A DNA stretch of 63,790 nucleotides, filler included, from Reticulomyxa filosa (lineage: Eukaryota; Protista; Foraminifera), in assembly GCA_000512085.1 (NCBI GenBank). It is 26 parts of 26 records of this genome, joined end to end, with 100 filler letters (N's around TTAATTAATTAA, not from the genome) between each part and the next. Parts side by side here need not be neighbours in the genome. Positions count along the whole stretch, not along the records: positions 1 to 4,504 come from ASPP01003911.1; positions 4,605 to 6,363 come from ASPP01016550.1; positions 6,464 to 7,877 come from ASPP01033003.1; positions 7,978 to 10,662 come from ASPP01033010.1; positions 10,763 to 15,889 come from ASPP01027544.1; 21 more parts are not named here. One strand, given 5' to 3'. Of the stretch, positions 1 to 13,543 are shown piece by piece (within the stretch, counting starts at the first letter, position 1; each line of letters opens with the position of its first letter). The notes beneath the pieces were generated by a model. It was not told the DNA's origin. It was given only the letters and a program-made list of their open reading frames with translations, and ran no database searches. The translations under genes and the position numbers were made by a program.

Positions 1-40
1 TTTGTTTGTTTGACAGTTAGGTAAAAGTTATGCGAATTAT

Positions 41-1414
41 ATGTCGACTCGTCCAATTGAACCGTATGAAGGCGAAGACGTGGTGGACGCGACATTGAAC
101 ATGTCAGCACATGAGTGGGACTTTGACAACGACATGGTGAACGTATACCGCAGCCGTGCATCGCGAGTGAACCACTTTGAGATGCTGCCCGAGCCACAAC
201 ACTATTGTTTCCCCGAGTACTTTAGCGAGGCGCCGCTACGTGACATGCCCGGAGGGAGGTTTCTCGCACGCATCCGCATTCCGAAGCAGTTTGCACAGCA
301 CCGACAATTTGTGACAATCCAAATCGAAGCGCTCGTGACGACAGCGAATAAAGTGATTGAGTTGATTATGAAGAGATTGGACGAGCCTTACAAGTCGGAG
401 AGCGATCCAGAGTCATTTATTTTAAAAGTGGTTGGATTTGAGGAGTACATCTATGGACCGACCAAAGTGATCGAATACGAGGCCGTTCGAAAAGCAGTTC
501 GAAATGAGGACGACGTCGAGTTTGTGTTAATCCAGCGATTAGATCGATTGCAAGTCATTGAGCAGGAGCATTTGAAACAAATCAAATTTAGTGAGGCCTT
601 TGAACGTGCATATGATCCCTTCATTCGCGACGAAGACTTTGTTCCGGAAGACAATCTGTCTTTGCAATTCGAAAGTGGCTTGCTTCAGCGTCGTCGACGT
701 CGCTATCATCCGTCCTTAGTGGCGCAGTCTTTCGATCCCGATACACCTTTGGCACTCCAAAAAAAAGAGCCAGAAGATGCAATTGATCACAATGTAAATA
801 TAAATGTAAATGAAGAAAATGAAATAGAAGAAAATGAAATAGAAGAAAATGAAATAGAAGAAGAAGAGAATGCCTTCAAATTTTTGGAGAATTCAATGCA
901 ATCATTATACGATCTTGAATGGTGCTTTCGTGTAAAATTGGTTCGGATCACCAACGCATTAAAGTGTCCTCGATTCGATGAAAAAAACATGCGGTCACTA
1001 AAAATAGTGATCGAACTGTGGCACGGCGATCACTTATTCGAACATGACGTGCTGCAGACGTCGCTGCTGCCTTGTGACAATTACGTGTCGTACGGACAAT
1101 GGCTGGAGAGCAAGCAGCTGCAGTTTTGCCGCATTCCCAAGGAAACTGTCATGTGCATCCAAGTCATGGGCGTGGGTAACGATGGAAAGTCGGAGGAATG
1201 TCTGGCCTGGTGTCGGATGCCTTTGGTCGATCATCGACACAAATTACGTCGCGGACGCTACTTGCTTACTCTGTGGGAGGCCCACGTCCCTGGAAAAGAG
1301 GATCCCTATGCTTCCAGGCCTTTCCGCTATCGTGGTACCAATCGAGATAAGTGCGTCAAGTCAATAGTAGAAGATAGAGTCTTTACAAAAACATGGAGTG
1401 ACATCAATAACAGC

Positions 1415-1463
<49 letters not shown>

Positions 1464-1743
1464 TTAATATTAATAATAATAATATTAATATTAATATCAA
1501 TAATAATCACAATAATGTCAGCAGTGTAGTGACAGATGAAATTATCGAGTTTGAAAGTGCTACTGACCAACTCCACGTTCATCACCAACGTAGTGCCGGA
1601 AGTACCTCCATTGATACTACTTCGATAAACCGACCCACGATTGACACTCATTTATTTTTGGACAATGGCACTAACAATAATAGCAATAGCAGCAGCAATG
1701 GTAATATTCCCAACAGTAGCACTAATAATATTAATAGTAACAG

Positions 1744-1775
<32 letters not shown>

Positions 1776-3550
1776 CCCCAACAAGCGCTCGAAACATAGG
1801 CTCCAAACGTCGTCGCGACTGTCAGGTGCTGATCGAATTCGACGAGTTTGCATTCGACGTACTGGCTCCAAACTACATTCCTCGCGACAAGTTTAAGTAC
1901 GACTCCAGCGCCGTCGGTGGAGTGAAGCAGTACAGAAAGCACGAGTTGACAACGGAGCAGAAGACACAAGTGGAAATGATCGTGCAAAAGAACCCGTTGG
2001 AGGAGTTGACAACGGAAGAAAAGAAGTTGATATGGGCATGTCGAGATCTTCTTTTCACCGAAGCCAAATGTCTGCCAGTGTTTCTGCGCTCCGTGAATTG
2101 GTCTGACATTACATGTATCGTCGAATGCCACAAGTATGTCGATACATGGTGTCCTCCGAAAAAACCTTGGGATGCTATCGAATTATTGGACTATAGATTC
2201 ATGGACACATATGTGCGAGATAAGGCAGTGAGTTGGATTGCGGACATGCACGATAGCGACTTGAGTAAGTACCTGTTGCAGCTCATACAGTGTTTGAAAT
2301 ATGAAAACCATCACAATAGTCGGCTGCAAACATTTTTGATTGAAAGGGCGCTACGTAATCCTTATCAAATTGGACACTATTTGTTTTGGGCTCTAATGTC
2401 CGAATTCCATGAGTTGCAGCACTGCGAGAGATTTGGAGTGATTATGGAGGAGTACCTGAAACATGCCGGCGAACATGCACACCAATTGTTTATGCAACAC
2501 ATGTTGTTGAAACGATTTGAAGTGGTGGCCAGCAAAGTGTATCATGCATATAAAGTGCAAAAGTATAGCAATGAAAAGTGCAAAGAGATATTGAAACAAG
2601 AGTTGCAAAAAATCAATAAAGAGCTTCCTAAAAAAGGCATCCAAATACCATTAAACCCACGTTGGAATGCGAAAAAAATCATTGTGGATCGCTGTCGATT
2701 CATGGACTCGGCCAAGGTACCTTTGTGGTTAGAGTTGGAAAATAGTGACCCTTTTGCGAAAGCTATCACTGTGCTGTTCAAGTCCGGCGATGATTTGCGA
2801 CAAGATATGCTGACTATTCAAATTTTGGAAATCATGGATCAAATGTGGCTCCAACATAAAATCGACTTGCACTTGAAACCTTATCGCGTATTGTCGACTG
2901 GAGTCAACGCGAATAACGAAGGCGTAGGTATGTTAGAGATCGTGTTGCCATCCGTCACTGTCAAAGATATCAACAAAACGTATGGCACATTTGCCAAAGA
3001 AAGTATTGATATGTACATTGTCAAGCATAATCCTGGAACAGATGATTTGATTAAAGCGCGTGAAAACTTTACGCGCTCTTGCGCAGGATATTGTGTTGCC
3101 ACAAGTGTGTTGGGAATTGGGGATCGACATCCATCCAATGTTTTGGTCACTGATCGAGGGCATTTTTTTCATATCGATTTTGGCCACTTTTTAGGCAACT
3201 TCAAAAAAAAAATGGGCATGGACAGAGAAAAAGTGCCTCTACTTTTCACTCCGGCTATGAAGTATTGCATCGACCAAGCCTCGAAATATGACGACTTCTT
3301 AGCTTGGGTTGCCGAAGCCTTCCTTGTCTTGCGACAAGAGTCTCGACTGTTGTTGGTCTTATTTGCTTTAATGGTCCCTGCTGGCATGCCCGAATTAATG
3401 CATGAAAAAGATATCGACTATTTCAAAAATATGCTGTTGTTAGACTCTGATAGGGATGGTGCCACTGAGGGCATCCATGCTTTAGTTGCTGCTGGACGAA
3501 GAGATGTCAGACGACTTTTTGATCATTGGTTTCACCAACAAGTTCATTAA
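41..3550 (+). CDS. Class I-type phosphatidylinositol 3-kinase catalytic subunit (RBD, C2, helical and kinase domains); probably 5'-partial
   Basis: Kinase motifs FKSGDDLRQDML, CAGYCVATSVLGIGDRHPSN and HIDFGHFLGNFK; helical domain LLQLIQCLKYE; Ras-binding-like FILKVVGFEEY. An in-frame CAG at 14-16 after a T-rich tract looks like a splice acceptor, implying upstream exons. Confidence 0.95.
1406..1516 (+). repeat. (AAT)n coding microsatellite giving a poly-Asn insertion in the PI3K C2 region
   Basis: Long AAT run in frame. A second AAT run lies at ~1748-1775 and a 15-bp unit (EENEI) x3 at 812-856. Confidence 0.9.
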
Positions 3551-4504
3551 GTCACTGTTTTATTTTAAACATTTTTGTTTTTTCTCCTTCTTTTCCAAAA
3601 AACAAAAAAACAAGGACAATTTGTGAAGTTAAGTATCACATACTTTCGACTTCGAGATTTAAAATATCAAAATTAATATAATTTGATGATAAAGATGTCA
3701 TATGAGCTTGGAGGAAGGATGTTGAAATTATTGTTAAAAAAAAACAACAAAACGACAAAATAAACTACAATTGGGCAAAAAAAAAAAAACACACTTGAAG
3801 CAAGTGTCAAATATTTGCAATTGAATGTGTTTGACTTCACTCCATCCTTGCTGGCACCGCACAACCACTATTTTTCAATTGTTCGATAGATATATATTGT
3901 GATCTATGTTATATACGTTTGTGTGTTGATCATACATACATGATTCAATCACATTATTAAAAAAATATATATTATAACTTAAAACATAGGTTGCGATAAA
4001 ATACTATAGGATTCACTTTCAATGAATAATAACATATCGGATTTCCAGCAGCAATAATTCGACTATAATGTTCCCACTTTTTTTTTTACTGCAACAATAA
4101 TCGACACTATTGCTACTGTTGCCATTGCCATCAGTGTCACCATTATTGCTGGAAACTTACTGCAGCACCAATAACAATGTAAACAGCAACAACTCGTTAA
4201 TCTGTAATCCAAACTTTACGTCCATTTCAATTTGCACCACTTTAAACATCTATTCAACACATACGCATAAACAAATAATCAAATATACGTGTATAAAGAT
4301 GTTAAGTGGAAAAAAAACTTTTCAAGCAATGGATCCAAAGGCAAGATTACAGCATCAGGTAACATGAAAGAGGACATACGCACAAATGACCAACCAAATA
4401 ATGACAACTCCTCTTGAGTTCTTATTCTTGTGTTCAAATGTGCGCTTTGATTCCAATGACAATACTTCCCATTAAGTATTCCCGTTATTTTGGGTGATTG
4501 AGCC

Positions 4505-4604
4505 NNNNNNNNNNNNNNNNNNNNNNNNNNNNNNNNNNNNNNNNNNNNTTAATTAATTAANNNNNNNNNNNNNNNNNNNNNNNNNNNNNNNNNNNNNNNN
4601 NNNN
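4505..4604. other. Artificial contig-joining linker (N44-TTAATTAATTAA-N44), first of 25
   Basis: Identical 100-nt spacer with stops in all six frames starts at 4505, 6364, 7878, 10663, 15890, 17623, 19061, 21019, 22174, 23349, 24969, 27131, 31734, 32965, 35532, 37128, 45648, 47942, 49534, 52940, 54170, 56435, 57662, 59429 and 61543. Confidence 0.99.
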
Positions 4605-5307
4605 AGTTTTGAATTGTCGATCCAATTATCGACTGACACGACGTTGTTTGCTTTTCGTTACAAATGATAAAGCAACATCAGCTCTCCCGTGCACACCAAA
4701 TCAAAGTCGATGAAATATAGAAAATATTTTTGATCACACAATATCAGTCCAATGTATCGAAACAATTGACTAATGAGTAGAATAGAATATGGAATGCATT
4801 TCGTTGTTATCATCATCACTTTAATCATTATTGGACATTGTCACATCAGTTAAGCAGCTTCTATTGGGAGTCTCGGAATACTCTTTTTTCTTTTCATCTA
4901 CGATCTTTTCCGACTACCCAAGCCCATCTGCTATTGTCATCGCCCTTGTGATGAGGGACATATCTTGGCCTTGTCAAATGGACGTATTAATCATGGACGC
5001 GAGTATTTCAAATAACGATCATTATCCAACATTTGGATTGATGATCCAATGAGGGGAGTTATTTTTTTTTTCATTATTGAGTGTATTTGTTGTTTTTTTT
5101 TTTGGTATGAGCTTCGTCTTTCTTGCTCTTTTGAGTGTGCCAAAGGTCACTACGCATTTCTGCGTTTCGATTATTGGTTCTACGCCGTAAAATTAGAGCC
5201 AGTTTCCACAACGATCGAGCTTCCCTTGTTTTCTGACACCATCTTTCTAATGCTTGGGTTTCCACTTGATATTATCACACTCGTTCAACAGCTTCCATTG
5301 AATTCAA

Positions 5308-6024
5308 TCATATCTTTGTAATATCAGATGAACGATGACTGGAGGAATTAGCAGTTTTTTGTTGAATTGGTGCTTTGAACATTTCTTGGCATGCTGGAAT
5401 GTTGGCATGTTTTAATATTCCATCATCGTCTTGATCCAAAGAAATGAAACACACGTTCTTGAGCTGTAAATCAAAGTTGGAGTATGTCTTTTGTCTTTGT
5501 GTCATGATCAGCATTCTGATCTTTTTGAGACAGTTCAAATATTGCATCGCGATATCGATTTCCTCAAAGATTCATTGTCCATTCATCTAACAATACCGAG
5601 TTCAAAGATTGTGGATATCCTCTTTGCGATTATAATCAACAAAATGTGATTTCAGCAATGCAATCCAAACACAAATCGACTTGCTCCATTTTCCTTTGGT
5701 GGATTTGCTCCTATGACAATAGCAGTGGTCATTCACCATACCGACGCTTTTGTAAGCTCCTAGTAGGGGCTTCGTAACTTCATATTGTGGACATCGTCGT
5801 TTCAAATATTTGGAGCTCGGATCATCATTGCAGCGACATTTTACTTCTTTCACAAACAATTCTTGCTTTGGTGGACATGCAAAGTAATGTATTCCTTTGT
5901 ACATACCATCATGTTTGTCCCATTCTTCACAATTATCTTCTTCGTCTGTTGCAAAGTGCATGGTACCAATGAAGCGGATTGTGACCACCATGCCATTGGT
6001 AAATTTCAGTCTCCACTCAATCAA
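5308..6024 (-). pseudogene. Degenerate CAP-Gly domain gene fragment
   Basis: IRFIGTMHF...KHDGMYKGIHYFACPPKQELFV resembles the CAP-Gly consensus (VRFIG...GKNDG...YF.C....G.FV). Neighbouring frames are broken. Confidence 0.6.
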
Positions 6025-6463
6025 GAGAATTATCGTCGCTTTTTTCGATTCGGTCCACTCGTTTGAATTGCGTTGTTGTCTTGGTCGAACTTGTTCAATG
6101 CTGAAAGGTGAAAGAGTTATGCTATGTCAGTGATTCACACTGAAGTGCCTTGTTTGTTCAACTTCGACGTTTATTGATTCTCTGATCCACATGTCGGTCT
6201 CGATGACATATATTTCTCCTTCCTCCATATCTTCAATGTTTTTCTAATGTATCCGTGACGTCCACTGTTCAATTTCGATGCTGCATTTTCGAATATCGTT
6301 TTCGTCGATTACCGTTTTGATTACATGTTTTCGCGTAAATATACCGCCATATGTCTTTTTTTTNNNNNNNNNNNNNNNNNNNNNNNNNNNNNNNNNNNNN
6401 NNNNNNNTTAATTAATTAANNNNNNNNNNNNNNNNNNNNNNNNNNNNNNNNNNNNNNNNNNNN

Positions 6464-7877
6464 TCCAATTGTGCAAGCCAAATTGGATGAACTCACTGAC
6501 TTGCAATTAGTGTTGAAAAGTGATAAAATTGAAATAACTTATCGAGATTGCATCAATCAATTAACTCAGGATTGGGACACACAAATCAATGCAGCCAAAC
6601 ATACCTTTAATAAATGCATGGAGACTTCACATTCTTTTAGCAAAGAGGATATATTAGCTTACAAACAAATTGTTGACAAATTCAAATCGGCAGATCCATT
6701 GCGAAAATATTTGTCAGAAGCCATTTGTGCTGATGCATTGATTAAAAATGTAGATCATCAAACTCATCATTTGATCGAGGAAATGCAAGAACATATGAAA
6801 AATGAATTCATATTGCAAACACAATTGGATAAACTGGTGCAAGTTGGAAATGTTTTTCCCAAATTTGCACCTGCTTACAAAGAAGCTTGTCAAGCATTGG
6901 CAAAACATCTGACCAATTATGTTAACAATGCAAAAGAATGTCTTGACAATTACAACTTTGAAGAGATGCGAAAAAATTTGGAGTTACTTGCAAAAGTATT
7001 ATCTCTTCAATCTCATTTAGCTTCTTTATTTAATATTAAGCAAGAAATCACAAATTTGGAAACTCAATTATTAATGTGTTTACGTACGTTGACAAATGAG
7101 GGACTTGGTGTGATCAAAAGAGCAATAAAAGATGAGTCTAATTTTCACAAAGAGGAAAAAGGTAACACCTTTTCATTTGTTCAAATTGAAAAACTTGGTA
7201 AATCTGACATTGAACAGTTGAAAATGAATGCAAATATATTAGAAAGGGCAGTAAATGTGTTTGAACTGCCTTGCCAACATGTCAATTTCGACAAACCTAT
7301 CAAACAAGTATTTCAGTCGTTTTTAGATAAAGTCGTTATGTACTTTGAAAGAATCAGTCAAAAGATTGGCTCTCTTTTTGAAAAACAGAGACATGAGGCC
7401 TTTGATGAAATTAAAGATTTTGTGTTCATCATGGACAGTCTTCGCAAAATAAAATCAGTGGAACAAGGAACTCAACAAAGTTATTTCCAAACCATTGAAC
7501 GCATAATTGGATATGTGCGTGATGTTCACAAGGATATCGAGTTAATACTCCCTTTGTTGATAAAACAAGATCCATCATTTGATTACAATCGACTTTTTGA
7601 GTGTGTAAGTTGTATGCATCGATCCAAATGGATTGAGGAGCGTCAAGAATGGAGATATGATAATTTGATGGATGAAGTCAAAAATAAATTGCTTTTTCAT
7701 TTATGTGAATTGGAAAAAGCAAGTAGATATTTGGAGTTGGATATCGATCATCCAGATAATTTGGAGCAAGGTCACAAGATAGTTGAACATTTGGAGAAAT
7801 TAAATAGGTTAGAATCAATCATTCCCGAAATTGCCAATTATCACAAAGAAGTTGGAATGAAAATTGAACATGCAATT
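6464..7877 (+). CDS. Internal fragment of a large alpha-helical protein, same family as the SecA-like-ATPase pseudogene at 11170-12379
   Basis: ORF open across the whole contig. QAKLDELTDLQLVLKSDKIEITYRDCINQLT aligns with KTKLDELKNLNLILKNAAIENK-NDCVIKLT at 11188-11278. Confidence 0.8.
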
Positions 7878-8778
7878 NNNNNNNNNNNNNNNNNNNNNNN
7901 NNNNNNNNNNNNNNNNNNNNNTTAATTAATTAANNNNNNNNNNNNNNNNNNNNNNNNNNNNNNNNNNNNNNNNNNNNGCCTTGAGCGAGTGATTTATCCA
8001 ATACTTTCATTTCTATTGATTTTTTTCATATATGTATATGTACATATATATTTTTTTATTATGTTATTTGTTCATTTGAATAAACAAAACAAAATTATAA
8101 ATGATAAATGATTATTAAAATAAACCTGTTCGTCCTGCAGCGATTTCAACACGATCATTCACTTGTAATTTTGTGGCCATTTTACTCAATTTTTCCTTTT
8201 GCAATTCCTTCTCTTTTTCTTACTAGTTCTGATTCAACCTCAATCTTTGCTGATGGCGGTAAACTGATCATTCAGTTCAAACTTGTTGTCTTGCGCACTT
8301 GTGCCTTCAGTAATCACCACGCTCCTTCTATCTGTCGACTGATAATTCAAAAAAAATCCCATTTTCGGACCTTCAGGGATTGTTTCAGGCTGTTCTTGCT
8401 CAGCACTTTTGCACGAGTTTTTTCACTATTGAGTCCATATCGCCGACGCATACAAAATATCTTTTTTTCATTCAATCATCAAATAAGAAAATCTTGTCAA
8501 TACATCCTACATTCAAAATAAAACAAAAACTTTTCAGTATTTGTACCTTTATCCTTCAAATATTCCATTGCCATCATTCGCAATATGCTCAAGTGGCTTC
8601 AATCACATAATTGACACATTTAACACGTTAGTTTGTCAATATGGATAAGTAAATATATTTATATAAATTCTTTTTGGATGTATCCAAATTTGGAACCCTT
8701 AAAGCTGAGAAAATGTTTAAATAAAAGAAAAAAGCTGAGACCGACCAATGATTTTGTCTTTAAGCAAGACACAGTCGC

Positions 8779-9578
8779 TCACTTCAAATAAAACTTCTTC
8801 ATTGTGGCTGCCATTCTCCAGTTATTTAATAATTGTTTCTCTTGTGACAAACAAGCCATGGCCTCTTTGGTGGTGAAGTAGTTGTTGTCATTGTCTAATT
8901 CAATGCATAACCAACCGTTTTTTCCAATGTATTTGATCACACCTGCAAAAAAGTCAACAGATTGTTTTTTTAAGCTATCAAAAATCGATGTACAACTCAA
9001 CAAATGAAAAAGTGGAAAAAAGGCCATGTGTACATGTACATTATGTATGCATATGTATACGTATGTTTTTAAAAAAATACCTTTTCTATTATCAGTTAAT
9101 TCAATTTGATTAACCACGAGTAGTTTTGAGTAGTATGCGTAATTAGAATAATTTCTTGTACGCTTTTGCACTTGCCAGACATTGATTGCTGGTTCACGTC
9201 ATTGTTTTCTCGACGATTGTGAGTGATGGAACAACCTTTTGTGATTTGATCCAATACGGCTTTGTCTGAAAAGATATTCAAAGAAGCTGGTTCGTGATAT
9301 TTCTTTGTCACAATGTTGTCCTCATTCTGTTCGTCTAACTGCTCAAAATTCTCAGAATTTGTTATCGTTGTTAGTTTCAAGATACCTCTTGCTTGAAGTA
9401 CTCTGCGGTCTTGACACACACTCAACCACCGCTGTAGTGTTTCTACTTCTGGTCGAAATTGTGGTGCCATGTCTTTCTTTTTGAGGATCTCTTTTTTCGT
9501 CAAGTCTACTTTGAAGTATCTTAACTTTAAAGACCAATTGCAACTTTGTTTACGTTCGTCAAGTTGACTTCTTTCCAC
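8779..9578 (-). pseudogene. Fragmented gene containing a truncated CAP-Gly-like segment
   Basis: GVIKYIGKNGWLCIELDNDNNYF resembles a collapsed CAP-Gly. The upstream 160-aa ORF is in another frame. Confidence 0.4.
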
Positions 9579-11169
9579 TGTTAAGGATTCTATGTGAGAA
9601 ACCTTTTTTAAAACTGTATTTTTGATAAGAGATCATAGCTTTAAAAATAGAATAAATTATGTTTGTTAATCTGGTCCCCACTCCTGCAATGTTCAGAAAT
9701 GATGGTTAAAGATGTACATGTTTTGATAGGGTATCATCGGGTTGATTGTATGTACATCTACCTGAGATTTTTCACCTGTTTTCTTGTTTTCAGTATCAAA
9801 TATTTTTTCCACTTGTGATAATTTTTAAAAAAATGGAGTACAAATTGAATGATTGATAACTTTGGTATTCTTCGTTTTTTTGGACAGTCAAAGTATTGAA
9901 GTTTTAGACTCGAAATGGGTTTTTGGCTTATTTCTTTATTTGGTCAATACAGCAGCAAAAAAAAACATAAAAACATGATCTAATAAAAATGTTTTTAGTA
10001 ACAAAGTGTTAAAAAAAACTGATACGTACATTAACATTGAGAAACTTCGTCGCAATAATTAACCCCCACTGTTGTGATTATTTTTGTAATTCCACGTACT
10101 GATTATTATGGACCATCAATTTCGATCAATGAACAGAAGATAATGTTGTAGACTTTATTTTTTATTGTGGAAATATCTGATTTATTTTTTATTTATGAAT
10201 AAGTTCATATGTTATTTACTTTCGAAACAAATACAAAAATTAATATCATCGTTTTGATTGTGAAGATAGATATACAACATCAACCTGAATATTGCCAACC
10301 AGGAGAGACCAAATAGACAAAGTATTTGTTAGGCCGTGATGACAACACCTTTTTCCGAATGATGTTGTTATTTTGGGTGTCTTGGGTTTACATTGACTCT
10401 ATTCTTTCTTTTTGGTAGCTGTTACATTTTTGCAGAGGCATATGTTGATGAAGGAACCCTCATGTTGTACATTTGGATTGTCAGATTGTTTAAAGAAAGA
10501 AGAGCCAAACCACTTTCGTAACGTCTAAAAGAAGTTTTTCTAAAAAGGGAACCTTTTTCTCTTCCAGAGAAAAGTTATTATTCAAAAGTAAGGATTTATT
10601 AAAAAAAAATTAATTTTCAATTATTTGTAGTTAATCTATTTTTGGAATCACAAATAAAAAATNNNNNNNNNNNNNNNNNNNNNNNNNNNNNNNNNNNNNN
10701 NNNNNNTTAATTAATTAANNNNNNNNNNNNNNNNNNNNNNNNNNNNNNNNNNNNNNNNNNNNGATAATAATTCTATTTTAGAAATGTCAACAAAATATCG
10801 TTATTACTTTCAATATAGTGGGTTCTGATGTGACTGTAAATGCATGATTCAAATGTCCTAGAGAAGTAGCATTTTCCAAAAAAGATATAATATTTTATTA
10901 TTTATTATTCAAGAAAAATCAGGATCAGAAAAACTTATTATCATTGCAAAAAAGTTCGTCAATCTCTTTTTCACTCCAAAAAAATGTAAAGAGTAAATCA
11001 TGTCAATAATATACAGTCCCAATATTCTCTTCCAAGTATTTCAAAACTAAAACAGAAGGAGAAACATAAATTTCGCTCCAATTCAGAAATTACAGAAACT
11101 TTGTTCTCTACTCCACTTTTGTCTTTTTTTAACAAAAATCTACTCTAAAAATTGATGGAAAATTAAAGT

Positions 11170-12379
11170 GAAATTACTCTTCTTACTAAGACAAAGTTGG
11201 ACGAACTCAAAAATTTGAATTTAATTTTGAAAAATGCAGCCATTGAAAACAAGTAAATGATTGTGTAATAAAGTTGACCGAAGAAGGAATAAAAAATGTA
11301 AACGTTGTGCATTTGGAAAAGTTGCGTCGATTAACACATCTTCGTCAAGAGATTGTGTCAATTGGAACAGCCCATTCGAGACACATTGGCCATTCAATAT
11401 GAATTTGCATTGGAAAAGAATAGTGAAAATGAACAAGAGGAGATCAAGCATAATCTGGCTCAGCTCAAACGGTATGAAGAGGACGTGCGTAGAGTGAATT
11501 CCTATTTGCACGAAATGGGATTTGAGAATGTACAAGATATTGACCTCGAAATTAGTAATATAGAAGAGGAATTGTAACATGCAAATGCAAATATAAATTC
11601 AAATGCAAATGCAAATGGTATGATAATGAAAAATGAGCACAAATTGAATGGGAAATATGAGCGTGATATTGCAAAGCTGAAAAGCAGCAATGACTATTCC
11701 TTTGACGTATTGGACCCGGTGCGAACGGAAAAGATCTTGCTTTACTTGAGAGAATGCAAAGCAGGTGATTTTTCATTTACAGCCACGACAAGTGCAAGGT
11801 CAAGCAAGACAAAGATATTTGATAAGGAAGACATAATAGAAATGGATATAATACTATTTCCTCCGTTAAGGCAACACATTTACAATGCATTTGCTTTGAT
11901 CGAGCTTTTTTTGCGAGAATATGCAAACATGGTCCAGCACCAACTAAATTTGTTACAGTTTACGGAAAGCGATAGCAATGACAATGCACAAATGGTCGAG
12001 CATATGGAGATAATTTACAATCAATTGTAAATATTCGAAATAAAATTCCGATAATGATGGCATATATTTTTGCATTGTGAACGCTCCAAAGTGCGCAATA
12101 TTATTATGACTCCAAATGTGCACATTGTCAAAAGGATTATTTGATACATTCCATCCCGCCCAAGTGATTGCCATATTTTGCATGTTAGGATTTGGCACAA
12201 GTAAATCTGAATTGACCAACAATTTGGTTCAAATCGGAACAGTAGAAGGGAAATCAGTAACGTTAACAGTCGCTTGTTGTGTATTGGCATTGCTTGGCTT
12301 TGATGTGAATTTTGCTTCGTACAGCGAATATTTGGAAGCCAGATATTTCAAATTTTTGAGTCATTGTTTAATATATTGA
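11170..12379 (+). pseudogene. Decayed gene for a helical protein with a SecA-like (SF2) ATPase domain
   Basis: HPAQVIAIF...NNLVQIGTVEGKSVTL...LALLGFDVNFASYSEYLEAR matches SecA motif I/Ia (EMxTGEGKT...AL.G..VHVVT.N.YLA.RD). There are several stops and frameshifts, and Walker A G is replaced by V. Confidence 0.75.
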
Positions 12380-12514
12380 AAAAATGTCATTTATTGCTAA
12401 ATTAAAAATGTTTTATAGTAATACTCATTTTTAGCAATTTTTGAAAGATACTTTTCATTCTCTTTCCAATGTGAAAAGGATATTTATCACCAAATTTTTT
12501 TTATGGTGTTTTGG

Positions 12515-12641
12515 AAAAAATAAAAAAAGAAAAAGAAGACAAAAGCAAAAAGAAATAGTTTGTTTCAGGCGGCGCCAATGGGCGCTACCTGAATTAAACT
12601 TTTTCTTTTTCGCTTTTCCATTCTTTTTTTATTTTATTTTT
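12515..12641. repeat. ~127-bp imperfect inverted repeat with a GC-rich central hairpin
   Basis: Core TTCAGGCGGCGCC-AATG-GGCGCTACCTGAA; the A-rich left arm is mirrored by the T-rich right arm. Confidence 0.7.
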
Positions 12642-13543
12642 AATATTGATGACGTAGTTTTTTTAGCAACATTGTTATAATTTGTAATTTATGTTTTAAT
12701 TTACATTCGTTCAACTGCCATATTTCACATTTTTTATTTGGAGTTGTTTCATTTTTTAATTAATTTTGTTTTAAATTATTATCTGCAATTTGAATTTTAA
12801 CTTTTTATTACTAACACAAAAATTTTTTTTTATTGAAATTGTTTTTTGAATTGGACATTTTCCACTGCTCTATTTCAAATACTTTTGAGACATTTATCTC
12901 CTATCAAATAAACTAATCTTCTTCAAGTTCTAGCTGTTACAACAAAGTCTGGACTTTGCTGACCAAAAACAGCAATCAAATTGCAAATAATGGAATGAAA
13001 TTACATTGCGATGAACGTGAATGTAGAATCAATTTTTTTCTTCTCCTTTCATATTTGAAATAAAAACCATAATTATTGCAAATATGCAAAAGTAAAATAG
13101 CATGAATTATTAGTAATTGTATCATTTAAATATAACTTTACAATCGAAGGAAGAGACAAAGTTGGAACAATATGTAAATGTTTACTTATTTTTCTTCTTT
13201 CTCAAGGGATTACTGTAATAATATCAAAATATCAAGTGTTTTCATTTGAAACAAATTAAATCTCTGAAGACAAAACTTTATATTTTAACGGTCATATTTT
13301 TTTATTATACAAAAACCTTGTTCAACAGTTTAACTTGAGTGCAAAAATGATATGAAAAGGATAATGACAATCTTTCTTTTTCATCATCGAAACTAACTTT
13401 CGTCAGTGTAGTCTTAGTATTGTTACAAGTATTGATTTTGATTTTTTGCGAAATTATCAAAATATTTTAAAAGAACGACTTTTTCATGTCCTTCTCCCTT
13501 TTAAAAAATCTAAATTACTTCATAGTTCTTCAACATTAACAAC

